From: Octopus sinensis
Lineage: Eukaryota
DNA length: 64,000 nt
NCBI RefSeq assembly: GCF_006345805.1
Contig: NC_043014.1
Span: 13,392,001-13,456,000, forward strand
Direction: 5' to 3'
Part shown: positions 51,525 through 64,000 of the stretch, piece after piece
How positions within the stretch are numbered: the stretch's first letter is position 1
Layout: each line of letters begins with the position of its first letter
The notes under the pieces: model-generated
The model's input: the letters and a program-made list of their open reading frames with translations, nothing else
Told to the model about the DNA's origin: nothing
Databases searched by the model: none
Program-made: the position numbers and the translations under genes

Positions 51525-51974
51525 TGTGGTGACACCACTTTGGAAGTCTTCAGCGCGCATGCGCAGAGTTGGATTTCTTCCAGTAGGCCGCCGGAAGTTC
51601 CCTCATGCGCATGCACAGAGAACTACTAACAGCAAGATTTCCCGCTGTATTGAGCTCTTTCAAAGCTGCAGCCGAATTGAACAGATGCGTCCTCATAGCT
51701 CTCCCAAGCAAGCCAACACATGGTGAAGCTACTCTATGCTGGAACAAGACAGCATTTGGCTCACACAATATAACTACTGTGACTAGCTCCATGGCCCCTG
51801 GCTACCGGTTCACCTTGAAGGAAATATATGTATATATATTATTGCGAATCCAGAAAAATATTATTTATGCTGTTGAAGATATTCGAAGTCTTGGTTTTCC
51901 ATCAACAAATAATTTAATGTAACGGGATGAGACCTGCACCCCTCAAGTGTTCCAGACCTTTCATCCTTGTTACA
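51525..51974 (+). mobile_element. Solo LTR (TGT...ACA, 450 bp) inserted into a SINE
   Basis: Begins tgtggtg, ends gttaca, flanked by AGCT on both sides. The host SINE reads continuously once it is removed. Confidence 0.75.
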
Positions 51975-52159
51975 AGCTAGAAAAAATGCCACTAAGCATT
52001 TTGCCTGAAGTACTAAATGATTTTGCCATTTTGCTGTCTATTCAGAATCAGTGCTGCTTTTTTTATTGACCCTGAAAGAATGAAAAGCAAATTTGAATTC
52101 AGTCGAAGAGATTTGTGTGAAAGAGCATAGAGATTTAACCTTAGGATGCAGAGGTTTGA

Positions 52160-52870
52160 ATTAATGGAGATGACAAGTGAGCCCAGCCCACTTATGAATG
52201 CCTTTCCTCCCTTGGACACAAAGACCTGTTGAGGCAAGCGAAGTCGATATAGAACCTCATCCGATGACAGGCACCCATGCCAACCCCCTCTGCTTGTGAA
52301 GACATGTTGGGGCAAGCGAAATCAAAATCGAAACCGAATTGAACCAGCCAGGATCCCTGGTCTGGTGGTACGTAAAAAGCACTATCCGACTCGTGGCCGA
52401 TGCCAGCGCCGCTCCGACTGGCTTCCGTGCCGGTGGCACGTAAAATACTCCAATCCGACCGTACGACAGGCACCCATGCCAACCCCCTTTGCTTGTGAAG
52501 ACATGTTGGGGTAAGCGAAATTGAAATCGAATTGAACCAGCCAGGATCCCTGGTCTGGTGGTACGTAAAAAGCACTATCCGACTCGTGGCCGATGCCAGC
52601 ACCGCCTCGACTGGCTTCCGTGCCGGTGGCACATAAAATACACCAATCCGACCGTGGCCATTGCCAGCCTCACCTGGCACCTGTGCAGGTGGCACGTAAA
52701 AAGGACCCACTACACTCACGGAGTGGTTGGCGTTAGGAAGGGCATCCAGCTGTAGAAACATTGCCAGATTAGACTGGAGCCTGGTGCAGCCTTCTGGCTT
52801 CCCAGATCCCCGGTCGAACCGTCCAACCCATGCTAGCATGGAGAACGGACGTTAAACGATGATGATGATG
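52160..52870 (+). mobile_element. Long RTE 3' UTR copy with an internal tandem duplication of about 200 bp
   Basis: gacaggcacccatgccaacccc...gaaccagccaggatccctggtc occurs twice, followed by the family tail. Confidence 0.8.
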
Positions 52871-53059
52871 AAATTTGAACTCAAGTGTATATGAATTGCT
52901 TGTAATTCAAATTTTGGCACAAGGCCAGCAAGTTTGGAGGAGGGGATAAGTAAATTACATTGACCCCAGTACTCAACTGGTACTTATTTTATTGACCTTA
53001 AAAGGATGAAAGGTAAAGTCAATCTTGGTGGAATTTGACCTCAGAACGTAAATCTCTGC

Positions 53060-54364
53060 ATCCTAATGTAGAAGGATTTAGCAACAATGGAGTTGAGAGG
53101 GCTAATGAATACTGATCATAAACAGCCAAATGAGAGAAAAGAAACCCTGCTCTGTGTGGAATTACATGGTCAGTTCTGCCATGAAACTAACAACTTAAAA
53201 AAGACTAGGAAGCATCAGGAAGGGGGCTCAGAAAGAGTCACCTTAAAAAGAACACTGAAAGCCTAATCATCACTGCCTAGGACCAGGCATTGAATGCCAA
53301 CTCAGTGAAAAGGGATGTATATCACACAAGTACAATGAACCTCTGCAAAATATATGGGAAGAAGATTGAAAGTGACTCACATTGTTAGTGCTTATGAAAG
53401 TCTTGCACAGAAAGAGTTCAAGCACAGACATGACAAGGTAGCCAAAAACCTTCACTGGGTACTATGCCAGAAGTTTGAATATTAAGTAACAAGTGCTTGG
53501 TACCAACATACAATGGGAAAGGTAATGGACAAAAACAAGAAGGCAAAGATCCTCTGGGACTTTGACTTCCAGACAAGGTGTTAGAACACTGAAGGCCGGA
53601 TACAGTAACCTTTAAGAAGCACAAACAAGAGTACCTAATAATCGATGTGGTAGTGTCAGGAGAAAGCGAAGGCGCATGGCTCAGTGGTTAGAGCATCGAG
53701 CTTACGATTGTGAGCTTGAATCCTGGACCGTGCTGCGTGTTGTGTTCTTGAGCAAGAAACTTTATTTTACGTTGCTCCAGTTAACTCAGCTGTAGAAATG
53801 AGTTGCGACATCACAGGTGCCAAGCTGTATCGGCCTTTGCCTTTCCCTTGGATAACATCAGTGGTGTGGAGAGGGAAGGTCGGTATGCATGAGCGACTGC
53901 TGGTCTTCCATAAGCCTTGCCCGGACTTGTGCCTGGGAGGGTAACTTTCTAGGTGTAATCCCATGGTCTGTGTCATGACCGAAGGGGGTCTCAGTGTCAG
54001 GAGTTCAATATATTATCATGAAAGAAAGAGAAAAGGCTGACAAATATGGAGATCTGAAAATTGAAATTGCCAAGATGTGGCAGCTGCAAGAGTCAAACAT
54101 AAAGGTTGTTCCTGTTGTTATCAGAGCATTGGGTTCAATATGACCCAACCTGAAGAAACATCTGGACACTATAGCAATACCCTACAATCTTGGCGCATTG
54201 CAAAAATTGGCTTTACTTAGAACTACATGCATACTCTGTGAAGTACAGACTGTCTGTGGTGCTTGTTGTGACTTGACAGACAGTACAAACCCCCAGTACA
54301 CACAATATCTCCAATCTACAACATCACAATATTGGATACTGTGCAATGTCTTCAATAATAATAA
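53060..54364 (+). mobile_element. Degraded 3' part of a restriction-like-endonuclease non-LTR retrotransposon (R4/Dong-like)
   Basis: Broken translation shows LHGQF, DQAL, RHDKVAKNLHW, KILWDF, RPD, IIDV, KYGDLKIEIAKMW and VVPVVI.ALG. Ends in (AAT)n. Stops and frameshifts are present. Confidence 0.85.
53663..53992 (+). mobile_element. tRNA-derived SINE (family C) inserted in the R4-like LINE with an 11-bp TSD
   Basis: TSD agtgtcaggag at 53652-53662 and 53993-54003; A-box TGGCTCAGTGG. Confidence 0.9.
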
Positions 54365-54369
54365 TCCTT

Positions 54370-55380
54370 TCTACAATAGGTACAAGGTCTGAAATTTTTT
54401 GGGAGAGGGCTAGTCAATTACATTGACCTCGCCGCTCAACTGATACTTATCTTATTTCTTTATTGCCCACAAGGGGCTAAACATAGACAAACAAGGACAG
54501 ACAAAAGGATTAAGTTGATTACATTGACCCCAGTGCGTAACTGGTACTTTATTTATCGACCCCGAAAGGATGAAAGGCAAAGTCGACCTCGGCAGAATTT
54601 GAACTCAGAATGCAGTGGCAGACAAAATACCTATTTCTTTACTACCCACAAGGGGCTACACACAGAAGGGACAAACAAATTAAGTCAATTATATCAACCC
54701 CAGTGCGTAACTGGTACTTATTTAATCGACCCCGAAAGGATGAAAGGCAAAGTCGACCATGGCGGAATTTGAACTCAGAACATAATGGCAGACGAAATAC
54801 AGCTACACATTTCGCCTGGCATGCTAACGTTTCTGCCAGCTCGCCGCCTTTCTCTCTTTACAGGCTTTGTCTGAACTTGTATATATTTCTTTACTGCCCA
54901 CAAGGGGCTAAACATAGAGGGGATAAACAAGGACAGACAAAGGGATTAAGTTGATTACATCGACCCCACTGCGAAACTAGTATTTTATTTACCAACCCCG
55001 AAAGGATGAAAGGCAAAGTTGACCTCGGCGGAATTTGAACTCACAACGTAACGGCAGACGAAATACCGCTAAGCATTTCGCCCGGTGTGCTAACGTTTCT
55101 GCCAGCTCATGTTATTGACCCTGAAAGGACGAAAGGCAAAGTTGACCTCAGTGAAATTTGAACTCAGAACATAAAGACGTATGAAATGCCGCTAAGCATT
55201 TTGCCCAGCAAACAATTCTGCCAGCTTGCTGCCTTAATAATATAATAATGCACATACTATCTATTGAGGTAAACTTTGCCTTTCATCCTTTCGGGGTCAA
55301 TAAAATAACTACCAGTTGAGTACTGGGGTCGATGTAATCGACATATCCCCTCCCCAAATTGCTGGCCTTGTGTCAAAATT
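54370..55380. mobile_element. Cluster of nested and tandem family-A SINEs, including a dimer at about 54456-54850 (minus strand)
   Basis: Five or more repeats of cccgaaaggatgaaaggcaaagt(c/t)gacc. Confidence 0.8.
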
Positions 55381-56319
55381 TAAAACTAATGATAATAATA
55401 ATACATACACGCACATACATAATAGACAGATATTTCTATTACTTTTAAATCGGTTACATTTTCTGTATTATGTATTTCCAGAAGACGTGTTGTATATGAA
55501 ATCATTAAATTATCAAAATTTTCAAGTCAACATTTAACATCCTAGGAAAAAAAAATAATGAAGTGAAAGTTTAGAAAAATAAACACTATTTTCCATCTTA
55601 TAAAGATAAATCTATTTATCAAAAATTATGCGGCAAAAGAGACTGATAGAATAAGTACTTGGCTTACAAAGAATAAGTCCTGGGGTCGATTTGCTTGACT
55701 AAAGGCGGTGCCCCAGCATAGCCGTAGTCAAATGACTGAAACAAGTAAAAGAGTATGATATGGCTGGAAAATGAAAATAATTCTTTCTTCTAGAAGCACA
55801 GGGCCTGAATATTTGGTGAAGAGGTGTGTGTGTGTGTGGGGGGCTAATGGATTACATGAATCCCACTACTCAACTGGTACTTCATTTATCGACCCCGATA
55901 AGATGAAAAGCGAAGTCGACCTCGACAGTATTTGAGCTCAGAACGTAGCGCCGGAAGAAATTCCGCTAAGCATTTTGTCCGGCATGCAAGGATTCTGCCT
56001 GCTTGTCACCTTAATAATCCTTTCTACTATAGATACAATGCCAGAAATTTTGTGGGGGAAGAGGCTAGTCGATTACATCGAGCGCAGTACCCGACTGGTT
56101 CTCTCTCATTCTATCGAACCCGACCCGAAAGGATGGAAAAGCAAAGTCGACGACGGCGGAATTTGAACTCAGAACGTAAAGAACCGAAAGAAATGCAAAC
56201 TGAACATTTTGATTAAAAAAATAAGGTCAACTTCATTAGCAGCAAGGTAAAGAACGACAGGGGGAAAAAAGGAAAATAAAGTCGATATCTCAAAAACATG
56301 CTGGGTAATTTGCGACGAG

Positions 56320-56360
56320 GTCAGCAAATGACCCGGAAGTAGAAATCTGACTGACGTTTT
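56320..56360 (+). promoter_or_regulatory. Probable DNM1L core promoter (CCGGAAGT ETS site plus TGACGT)
   Basis: gacccggaagt at about 56331-56340 in a CpG-containing patch about 560 bp upstream of the ATG. A possible UTR donor gtaaga lies near 56519. Confidence 0.5.
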
Positions 56361-56901
56361 ATACAACATTCCTCCTCCCTCCTCCTCCGACATTGTATGT
56401 CTTTTACTAATATATTATTATTCCTCGATCCCTCCTCTCTGCCTGTTTATATTTTCCTCCTCTTCCCGCTCCACTTTCGGTTCTGTTGAGGGAAAACGCT
56501 TCTATTACCATTGAGACAGTAAGAGGTTTCTTTTTTTAAATGAAACCATATTAACCTGGAGATAAGCGATAACCAACTGTGGAATCTCTCTCTCATTCCT
56601 TCGGTCTCTTTCTCAAACATTCTCATCGATGCTGTTCAATTATTTGTAAATTATTTCCTCATTACTCATTTCTTTTCGACCCTATTCTCTCTCATTTTTT
56701 TGGTTTTCAACATTCTTCTTTATGTAACGCACACCAAACTCTCTTCTACCAAAGCCATGGTTTGTATATATAACGACAGTGATGTCTAAGTAGTAAAAAA
56801 AAAAGTAAGCTTTGAAGCTTTTTTTTTTTTTCAACCCATATTTATTGAGAGAAATCCTTCCCCCGACTCTTCGACTGCTCGAGCAGTATCAGTTGTTAGC
56901 T

Positions 56902-57003
56902 ATGGAGCATCTGATCCCGGTCATTAACAAATTACAGGATGTCTTCAATACAGTCGGTTCGGAAACCATTCAACTTCCACAGATCGTGGTGATCGGAAGT
57001 CAG
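56902..57003 (+). CDS. DNM1L: Dynamin-1-like protein (Drp1), first coding exon ([34 protein letters not shown]); remaining exons lie beyond the right edge
   Basis: Near-identical to the Drp1 N-terminus ([31 protein letters not shown]). 102 nt ending in CAG|gtaaat, just before the P-loop SSGKSS. Confidence 0.95.
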
Positions 57004-59832
57004 GTAAATAAATGTCTTTTCTTTAAATAAACACCTCTGCTATTAATTATATGCATTACTAAGTTTAATCAGCGAGTATATATATATTTATGTTTGCGAG
57101 TATACATTTCATGCTACTCCTCTGACCGTACTAAGTTTACTTCAATCTGACCTGTTTGATTATTTAAATTGAAACTATAGCTATTCCAGTTCTTATTTTT
57201 ATATTTCTGTATCTATTTTTAAAAGATATTTAAAAACAGCTTGATAGGAAATTTGTCGTGTATTTAATTAAACATACCTTATAGTCTTACAGCAAAATCG
57301 TTAGTAATACTATTGCTATTTCAATCACTCTCTCGCACACGGTTGTGTATATTTCACTGTTTTGTGTCGTCAGAAAATAACGACTTGCTGCTTCTCCTAA
57401 TATCTTGTCACATTTTCTGTATCGATATGCTTGAGAAAAATATCGAATCGTTTTATATTTAGCTACTATATTGCTCGATCTATTCCGCTTTCTCTGCACT
57501 TATGTCACTGACCTTCAAGAAGAACATTCAGTTGGTGACTCCTTTTTGCTTTTCAAGCGCAACACACATCGCATCTTGAAAATTTATACCAGTGAAATAT
57601 CGATAAGCTTCTTTATTGCTATTTTTCTGAGAAATCTCGAATATTTTATTATCATTTCAGAGTTTCTAATAACTGTAATAGAGCAAGTGCGAACTGTTCG
57701 ACATCATTAGTGGCCGGCTCTACACCATATTTCATATTAAGAAAAAATTAACAGGGACTTGCATATAGATTAATTAATACAAGCCTTGTACGTCTTCTGT
57801 AGGATATTTATATATTGACTAACTTTATATTAAATCTATTATCATATTTCTGTACATTGGCTTCTGTTCTGCATTTATTGCAAGCTTAACGGGGACAAGA
57901 AAGACCTTGATTGATTTCCCTCCTATTTTTTCCTTTTTCTGTTGATAGTAAAAAGCAGATGATTAGGGGCTGTTCACTACAAATTTTTTCAATTGTGAAA
58001 TTAAAAAATAGAAAGGAAAGCAATTTAAGCACATTGCATTTCTGATAATGAATGAATAGACAATTTTCCGAACTGTTGAATACGTTTTCCTCTGAATGAA
58101 TTGTCACATGATGTAATAACACTACATACTGTTATCGGGGAACCCAGTTGAAGTAATATATATATATATATATATATTTTACCTAGCTGGATGGATCGTC
58201 TTTAATTTGAGTATAAGGACCTGATACTTCAACTGCAACCATTGAGACATTTCGTTTCACTTCACGCCATTGTGAAAGAAATGTCTTAGTGTCACGGCAT
58301 CCCTTTCTTCTTAATATATATCTATATATCTACATATACGTGAGACTTTATGCCTATCTGAGAAATCAATTTAATATACCACCATAGATGTCTTTGGAAA
58401 CCACACATATCTACACATATATACACATTCCCCTCTTCCACACCAGATACTGTTGCCTTACATATATTATTCTTAACACTCCCACCATTTGCATCTCCGT
58501 CAGTATTTGTGCATCTGCAGTTCTACGTGCACCCGCTTCGGTCGATGGTAGTCAGGGCGATAGATTTATATCTGCAAATAAATGGCAGTCAACCTTGCGA
58601 ACAGTAGTATCGTTTTTCTTTTTCATCTCGAGTATTTTTGGAGGACAGACAACCCGCTATCTTCCTCATTTCAACTGTGAGCTAGTAGCTTTATTCTCCG
58701 TGTTAATTATCAGGTTTTCTAGACGATCGTTTACATTCATGGAGGAAATGTTTTCTACAGCTTGCTCATGTTCACCGCGTGTCCTTCACTAAAATAGTGA
58801 TAATAATGGACTTGCTCCAGGCCTTACATTAAAGCACTGCCAAGGTTAAAGTGGATGTGTATAATAAATATCTTTTTTTCGGTCAACAATTATCATTAGC
58901 GCACACACATAAAGCATTAATTAAAATATTGCTAGCTATTAGTATACCGCAGTGTTTTTCTGTATGGGCGGGGTTCAACACTTTTTTTTTCTCTTTAAAA
59001 AATGTTTTGTAACCAGTACCTGCCATAATATGTCTGTTATTTCTTAAACTAAGTCTGAATCAGCTGTCATTGTTTGAAAAAAATGCAACTGAAAGTAAAT
59101 TAAAGAATGACCTAGCAGTTTCCCCAATATGTTATTATTCGAGAATTGTTGTCGATGTTTCGTTCGTGGCCGTCGTCTAAGCAGCACTCGAGTCTGCTGC
59201 AATGTCAGTTTCAATTCCTGGCTATCGTCGTATCATCATTCCATTTCGTTGATGTTAATATCTCTGAGAAATGCACGAACTCAACATAATCAATTTCCTT
59301 TTAAAAAAGTAAATGTCTTCTGTCTAAGAAATCAATAGAAGTTGAATGATTTATTAAACCCTCTTGTCAAATACCGAGTAAGTCCTTTTGCATAGTGCGT
59401 GCGCGCAAGTGTGCACGTACTTGAAGTTGCTCTACGTCGATTTCTCCGTTCCGATTACCCAGCTGATTTAGTGTATGTGTATATATATTTTGTGTGTATA
59501 TATATTTGTGTGTATATATATTTTGTGCATATATATATTTTGTGTATGTGTGTATTTATATATATATATATATATATATAAATATATACACACACACACA
59601 TACACAAAATATATATACGCACAAAATATATATGCACACAAATATATGAGTTTGATTTGAGAACATAATCTTTTTGTGGAGGATGGCGATTTGACGTCTA
59701 TATCTAGCATGTTGACTGTCCACTTTTCGTGTTCACTCCTTAATTGGTATATATAAATATTTTAATCTTCGGATTCTTTTTAATATGCTAGACCACTGGT
59801 TTTAATTGACTAATATCAATTTCTACCCTTAA

Positions 59833-59868
<36 letters not shown>

Positions 59869-62335
59869 TGTATATATAATTGTTCTGCTGACAGAGTCGT
59901 AAGGGCGTTGGATAAATTGCTTTATGGTATTCATTTCCGACATTCTTCCTGCCCTCTGAACTCGAATTCTCTTGAAATCAATTTCGCCTTTCATCTCTTC
60001 GGGGGGTCGATAAATTAAGTACTGGTGGCGATTCTTCTCTTTTCCTCCTGGAAGAAATCGACCGTGATCGGACCTGGATGGCGATGGGTTCCACCTGATC
60101 TAAAATTACCCAAGACACATCGTATGTCACGAAGGCACTCCTACAAAACCCATCAAAGTGAAGTTCGACCCTCGGCGAGATTTGAACTCAAAGCGCAAAG
60201 GGAAGCTACTAAAATACTGCAAGGCATTTTGTCTGGAACTCTACAGATTCTAAAATAATATCAGTGTTTTTTTTTTTGTTTTTTTTTTGTAAACCAATTT
60301 TACAGGAGTATTTATCAATCTTAGGGTGTTGGACAGCAAAGTTACATCTGGTAGAATTCGAAGTCAGATCATAGAGACCCAAAGCTAGACCAAGTAAATA
60401 CTGGTAGATGTTTTAGCCCAGTGTTCTGGTCCTATCACTATTCCATCCACTGCCTAATCAGTCATTAATAATGTCTTGGAGGAAAGCTTAAAGCTTTTTG
60501 GTTGTTTATGTTTTTTTGGGGGGGTTAATTTTTATACTATAGTCGAGGCCAGTTGGTTATTGCTACTGTGGTTGTACTTTCTCGTGCATTCTACCTGACC
60601 ATTTGGACTTTACTATGCAGTCTACCTGTAACCATAACTCTTAACTCTTATCCTAAACCCTAGCTCTGGTCTCTATTCTAACCCTAATCCAGATCAGGTC
60701 ATTTCACAGCATAGACTGTGGATATTGCAGTAGGCCACATGCTAAAGCAGCACCCCTGTTTAGTTTTGAGTTGATCCTGTGCAAATCTAAGACTTTTCAC
60801 TCCTGACTAATCCATTCTATTTCTTGTCTCCCAGATTACCTCAAGTAGTGTATCCTTTTTTCTTTAATGGGTACCCCAGATTACTTTAAACAATGTGTCC
60901 ATTATTTTTAAGAGTACAGTTTTCAGGAGGTTTGTGTGCTATTTCTAGCAGTTAAGCAACTACATAGAAGTTGGCTTGGCTTGAATTGTTTGTGATTTAT
61001 AGCATGTAAATGCCAAACAAAGCGTAAACATTTCTCTAATTACAATATTTATTAACATTTCTTAGTGATCCATACAGAGTGTAACTCTTTTGATGCCAAC
61101 CAACTAGAAACTACCCTTGGTTCTATGATGCAAATTCCCTGTTTTAAAGTGACCTAAATTAAAACCTTCCACACAAAATTTCATGTTAATTTTACTCTTT
61201 TACTTGTTTCAGTCATTTGACTGTGGCCATGCTGGAGCACTGCCTTTAGTCGAGCAAATCGACCCCGGGACTTATTCTTTGTAAGCCCAGTACTTATTCT
61301 ATCGGTCTCTTGTGCCGAACCGCTAAGTAACGGGGACGTAAGCATACCGGCATCGGTTGTCAAGCAATGCTAGGGGGACAAACACAGACACACACACACA
61401 CATATATAAATGTATACATATATACGACAGGCTTCTTTCAGTTTCTGTCTACCAAATCCACTCACAAGGCATTGGTCGGCCCGGGGCTATAGCAGAAGAC
61501 ACTTGCCCAAGATGCCATGCAGTGGGACTGAACCCGGAACCATGTGGTTGGTTAGCAAGCTACTTACCACACAGCCACTCCAGCTTGATAATGACATCGT
61601 TTTAATAAACTGAACCGAAGACATTGCTGTTCCAACAGAAATATAGTAATGAAAGGGTTTAGAAGAAAATGAAATAACTGATACTGACTGAATGAAATTC
61701 CTTTATTCTGAAGTAAAATTCATTAGATTTTTTTCCTGTAAAATTTTACTGGAAAACATGTAATTTTCTTTTTCTTCTTTTTTTTTTTTTTGGAAAATAA
61801 ATTTTCTTTTTTGTAATTTTTTTGAAAACATTTTAGAGGTCAGTGTTGGGTTATGTCAGTAAAGCATGAGTAATTCAAATCGGTTTGAGGCAATTTCATG
61901 TTGCTTTCACTAACACCTCTCTCTGACAGACAATAGAAATTTGTCATTCACAGTGGAATTTCTGCTGATAATTATGATAGGACTTCTTAATTCGTAATGT
62001 CTCTTGGTAGTAAGAAAAAAAAAATCTTTTGACAAACTGGAAAAAGGTAAATTTTGATGAGGGTACACAGTTGGCTGAATACATATACAGGTATGGCAGT
62101 GTAGTTATAAAGTTCTCTTTATAACCACAAGGTTTCAGGTTCAATTAATGCCTTTGACCACAGTACTTGACTGGAGTGGTAAGTAGCTTGCTTACCAACC
62201 ACATGGTTCTGGGTTCAGTCCCACTGTGTAGCACCTTATGCAAGTGTCTTCTACTATAGCCTCGGGCCAACCAAAGCCTTGTGAGTGAATCTGGTAGATG
62301 GAAACTAAAAGTAGCCTGTCGTATATATTTATATG

Positions 62336-62397
<62 letters not shown>

Positions 62398-63430
62398 CCC
62401 ATGCCGGTGGCACGTAAAAAGCACCATCCGTTCGTGGCCGTTGCCACTCCGTCTGGCACCTGTGCGGGTGGCACGTAAAAAGCACCCACTACACTCGCGG
62501 AGTGGTTGGCGTTAGGAAGGGCATCCAGCCGTAGAAACACTGCCTGATGCAGCCTTCTGGCTTCACAGACCCCAGTTGAACCGTCCAACCCATGCTAGCA
62601 TGGAAAACGGACGCTAAATGATGATGATGATATATATGTGTTTGTGTGTCTGTGTTTGTCCCCCCAACATTGCTCGACAACCGATGCTGGCATGTTTACA
62701 TCCCCATAACTTAGTGGTTTGACAAAAGAGACCAATAGAATAAGTACTAGGCTTACAAAGAATAAGTCCTGGGGTCGATTTGCTCGACTAAAGGCAGTGC
62801 TCCAGCATGGCTGCAGTCAAATGACTGAAACAAGTAAAAGAACCCTGGAGGAATGAAAGGCAAAGTTGAATTTGGCGGGATTTAAACTAGGGTTTCCGAT
62901 TTAGATATGAAACCAGCAATTTTGTTTTTAGGGTTGCATTGACACTAGTATTTGACTAGTACTTTATTGCCCCCGAGTGATTGAAGGCACTGTTGACCTT
63001 GGTAGGATTTGAACTCAAAATGTAAAGATCCAGAACAAATACCACAAAGCATTTTCAGCTCTCTAAAGATTCTTCCAGCTTGCCAATAATAATAAGTTCC
63101 TTATATTAGTAGCGGTCAAAAGTTTTTTTCAGAACTGTTTGGTCAAATTAATCTTGCTATTTTGATGGTACTTATTTTATTGATCTAGGAAGAATTTGAA
63201 CTCAGCCATAGTTCAAAGGTAATTGCTTGATTTGTCACAGAGTATGCAAAAAAAAAATTCAATGTAACATATAAAAAAAAATCATTGCAAGCATTGTTTT
63301 TTTTTTATGCTAGTATAGGTTGGCAATCTCTCATCCCACTTCAATTCTTCTTACCTACACTGTCTCCTCCTTTTTGCCGAGGGTTTTACATCTGGATATT
63401 CTTCCTAACATAAACAACATTGCAGATTAA

Positions 63431-63649
63431 CCCTTTGGTGTTCAGATTACCTGTTAAATGTAATACTTTTTCACTCAAATTGTTTTGAATTAATCATGCA
63501 TTATGTTATAGCTTTGAGGTTTCAATGACGTGATTGTTTATATTTAGAATGACATTGTAGTTTAGGTGTGAGAGGCTAGATATGGCCAGTTTGAATATAA
63601 AACATGTAGAATATTCGGGCCGGATATGGCTGGTTTAAACACTAAAGGG
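63431..63649. mobile_element. piggyBac-like MITE
   Basis: TTAA-flanked, same sequence family as 1271-1488. Confidence 0.8.
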
Positions 63650-64000
63650 TTAAGCTGGGTGCATTTTATTTTCTTTGGGGACCATTGACACTTGGAGTTC
63701 TCTAAGAATTCTAAAGAGTCCCATCTACTCCTGCCTTGTTGCCATTTGTTCCTGTTGTAAATAAATATTACCCCAGTGTTGAGATAGCAGATTATCAGCC
63801 TTTAATATGGAGATATGTTAAGCTTCATTTTTTAATCTTTTGTATACTTTGTAAGATTACAGTTATGTAGTTCCAGTCAGTGCCGCCGAAGCAGACATTG
63901 CAGAAACCTCCTGCACCAGTTTGCAATCCTTCGCACATTCATGCAACCTACTTGCACTGCCAACCAAAACTCCCTCAGAGCATGCCCTGTCGTCTTAAAA

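Noticed and set aside
51502-51922. Overlapping 74-105-aa ORFs in the GC-richer patch
   Set aside because: They lie within the solo LTR and show no coding signature.
58388-58792. 134-aa ORF in Drp1 intron 1
   Set aside because: No similarity to Drp1 exon 2 (SSGKSSVLE) or any family I recognise; antisense frames contain stops.
63860-64000. Possible Drp1 exon 2 or LINE endonuclease start at the window edge
   Set aside because: No P-loop sequence; the right part matches a SINE family seen elsewhere and the rest is too short to call.

Overview
AT-rich, repeat-dense animal genomic DNA. The SINE and RTE families and the very long (TA)n arrays suggest an octopus or other coleoid cephalopod (inference, no search run). 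Two intron-containing genes point away from each other. (1) CXXC1/CFP1 on the minus strand: 13 coding exons from 22591 down to 1677 splice in frame (1566 nt, 522 codons) with canonical GT-AG sites and encode the PHD finger, CXXC zinc finger, Set1-interaction region and C-terminal Cys-rich region. Its last exon lies off the left edge, the start-codon exon is unresolved, and the promoter is near 28.6 kb. (2) DNM1L/Drp1 on the plus strand: only the first coding exon (56902-57003) is in the window. Most of the remaining sequence is transposon-derived: at least five SINE families, many 5'-truncated RTE LINE ends, an R4/Dong-like LINE fossil, mariner, Tigger, hAT and piggyBac-like elements, two Helitron copies and a solo LTR. 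The most notable unexplained structures are a 37-bp hairpin whose mismatches become G.U pairs on one strand only, a solo LTR with an NRF1/ETS motif cluster, a nested 1.8-kb foldback, a 73-bp perfectly duplicated intronic segment, a tandem FOX:ETS promoter repeat and a 20-nt microexon candidate. I did not find a demonstrably new biological system; all findings are hypotheses with stated tests.
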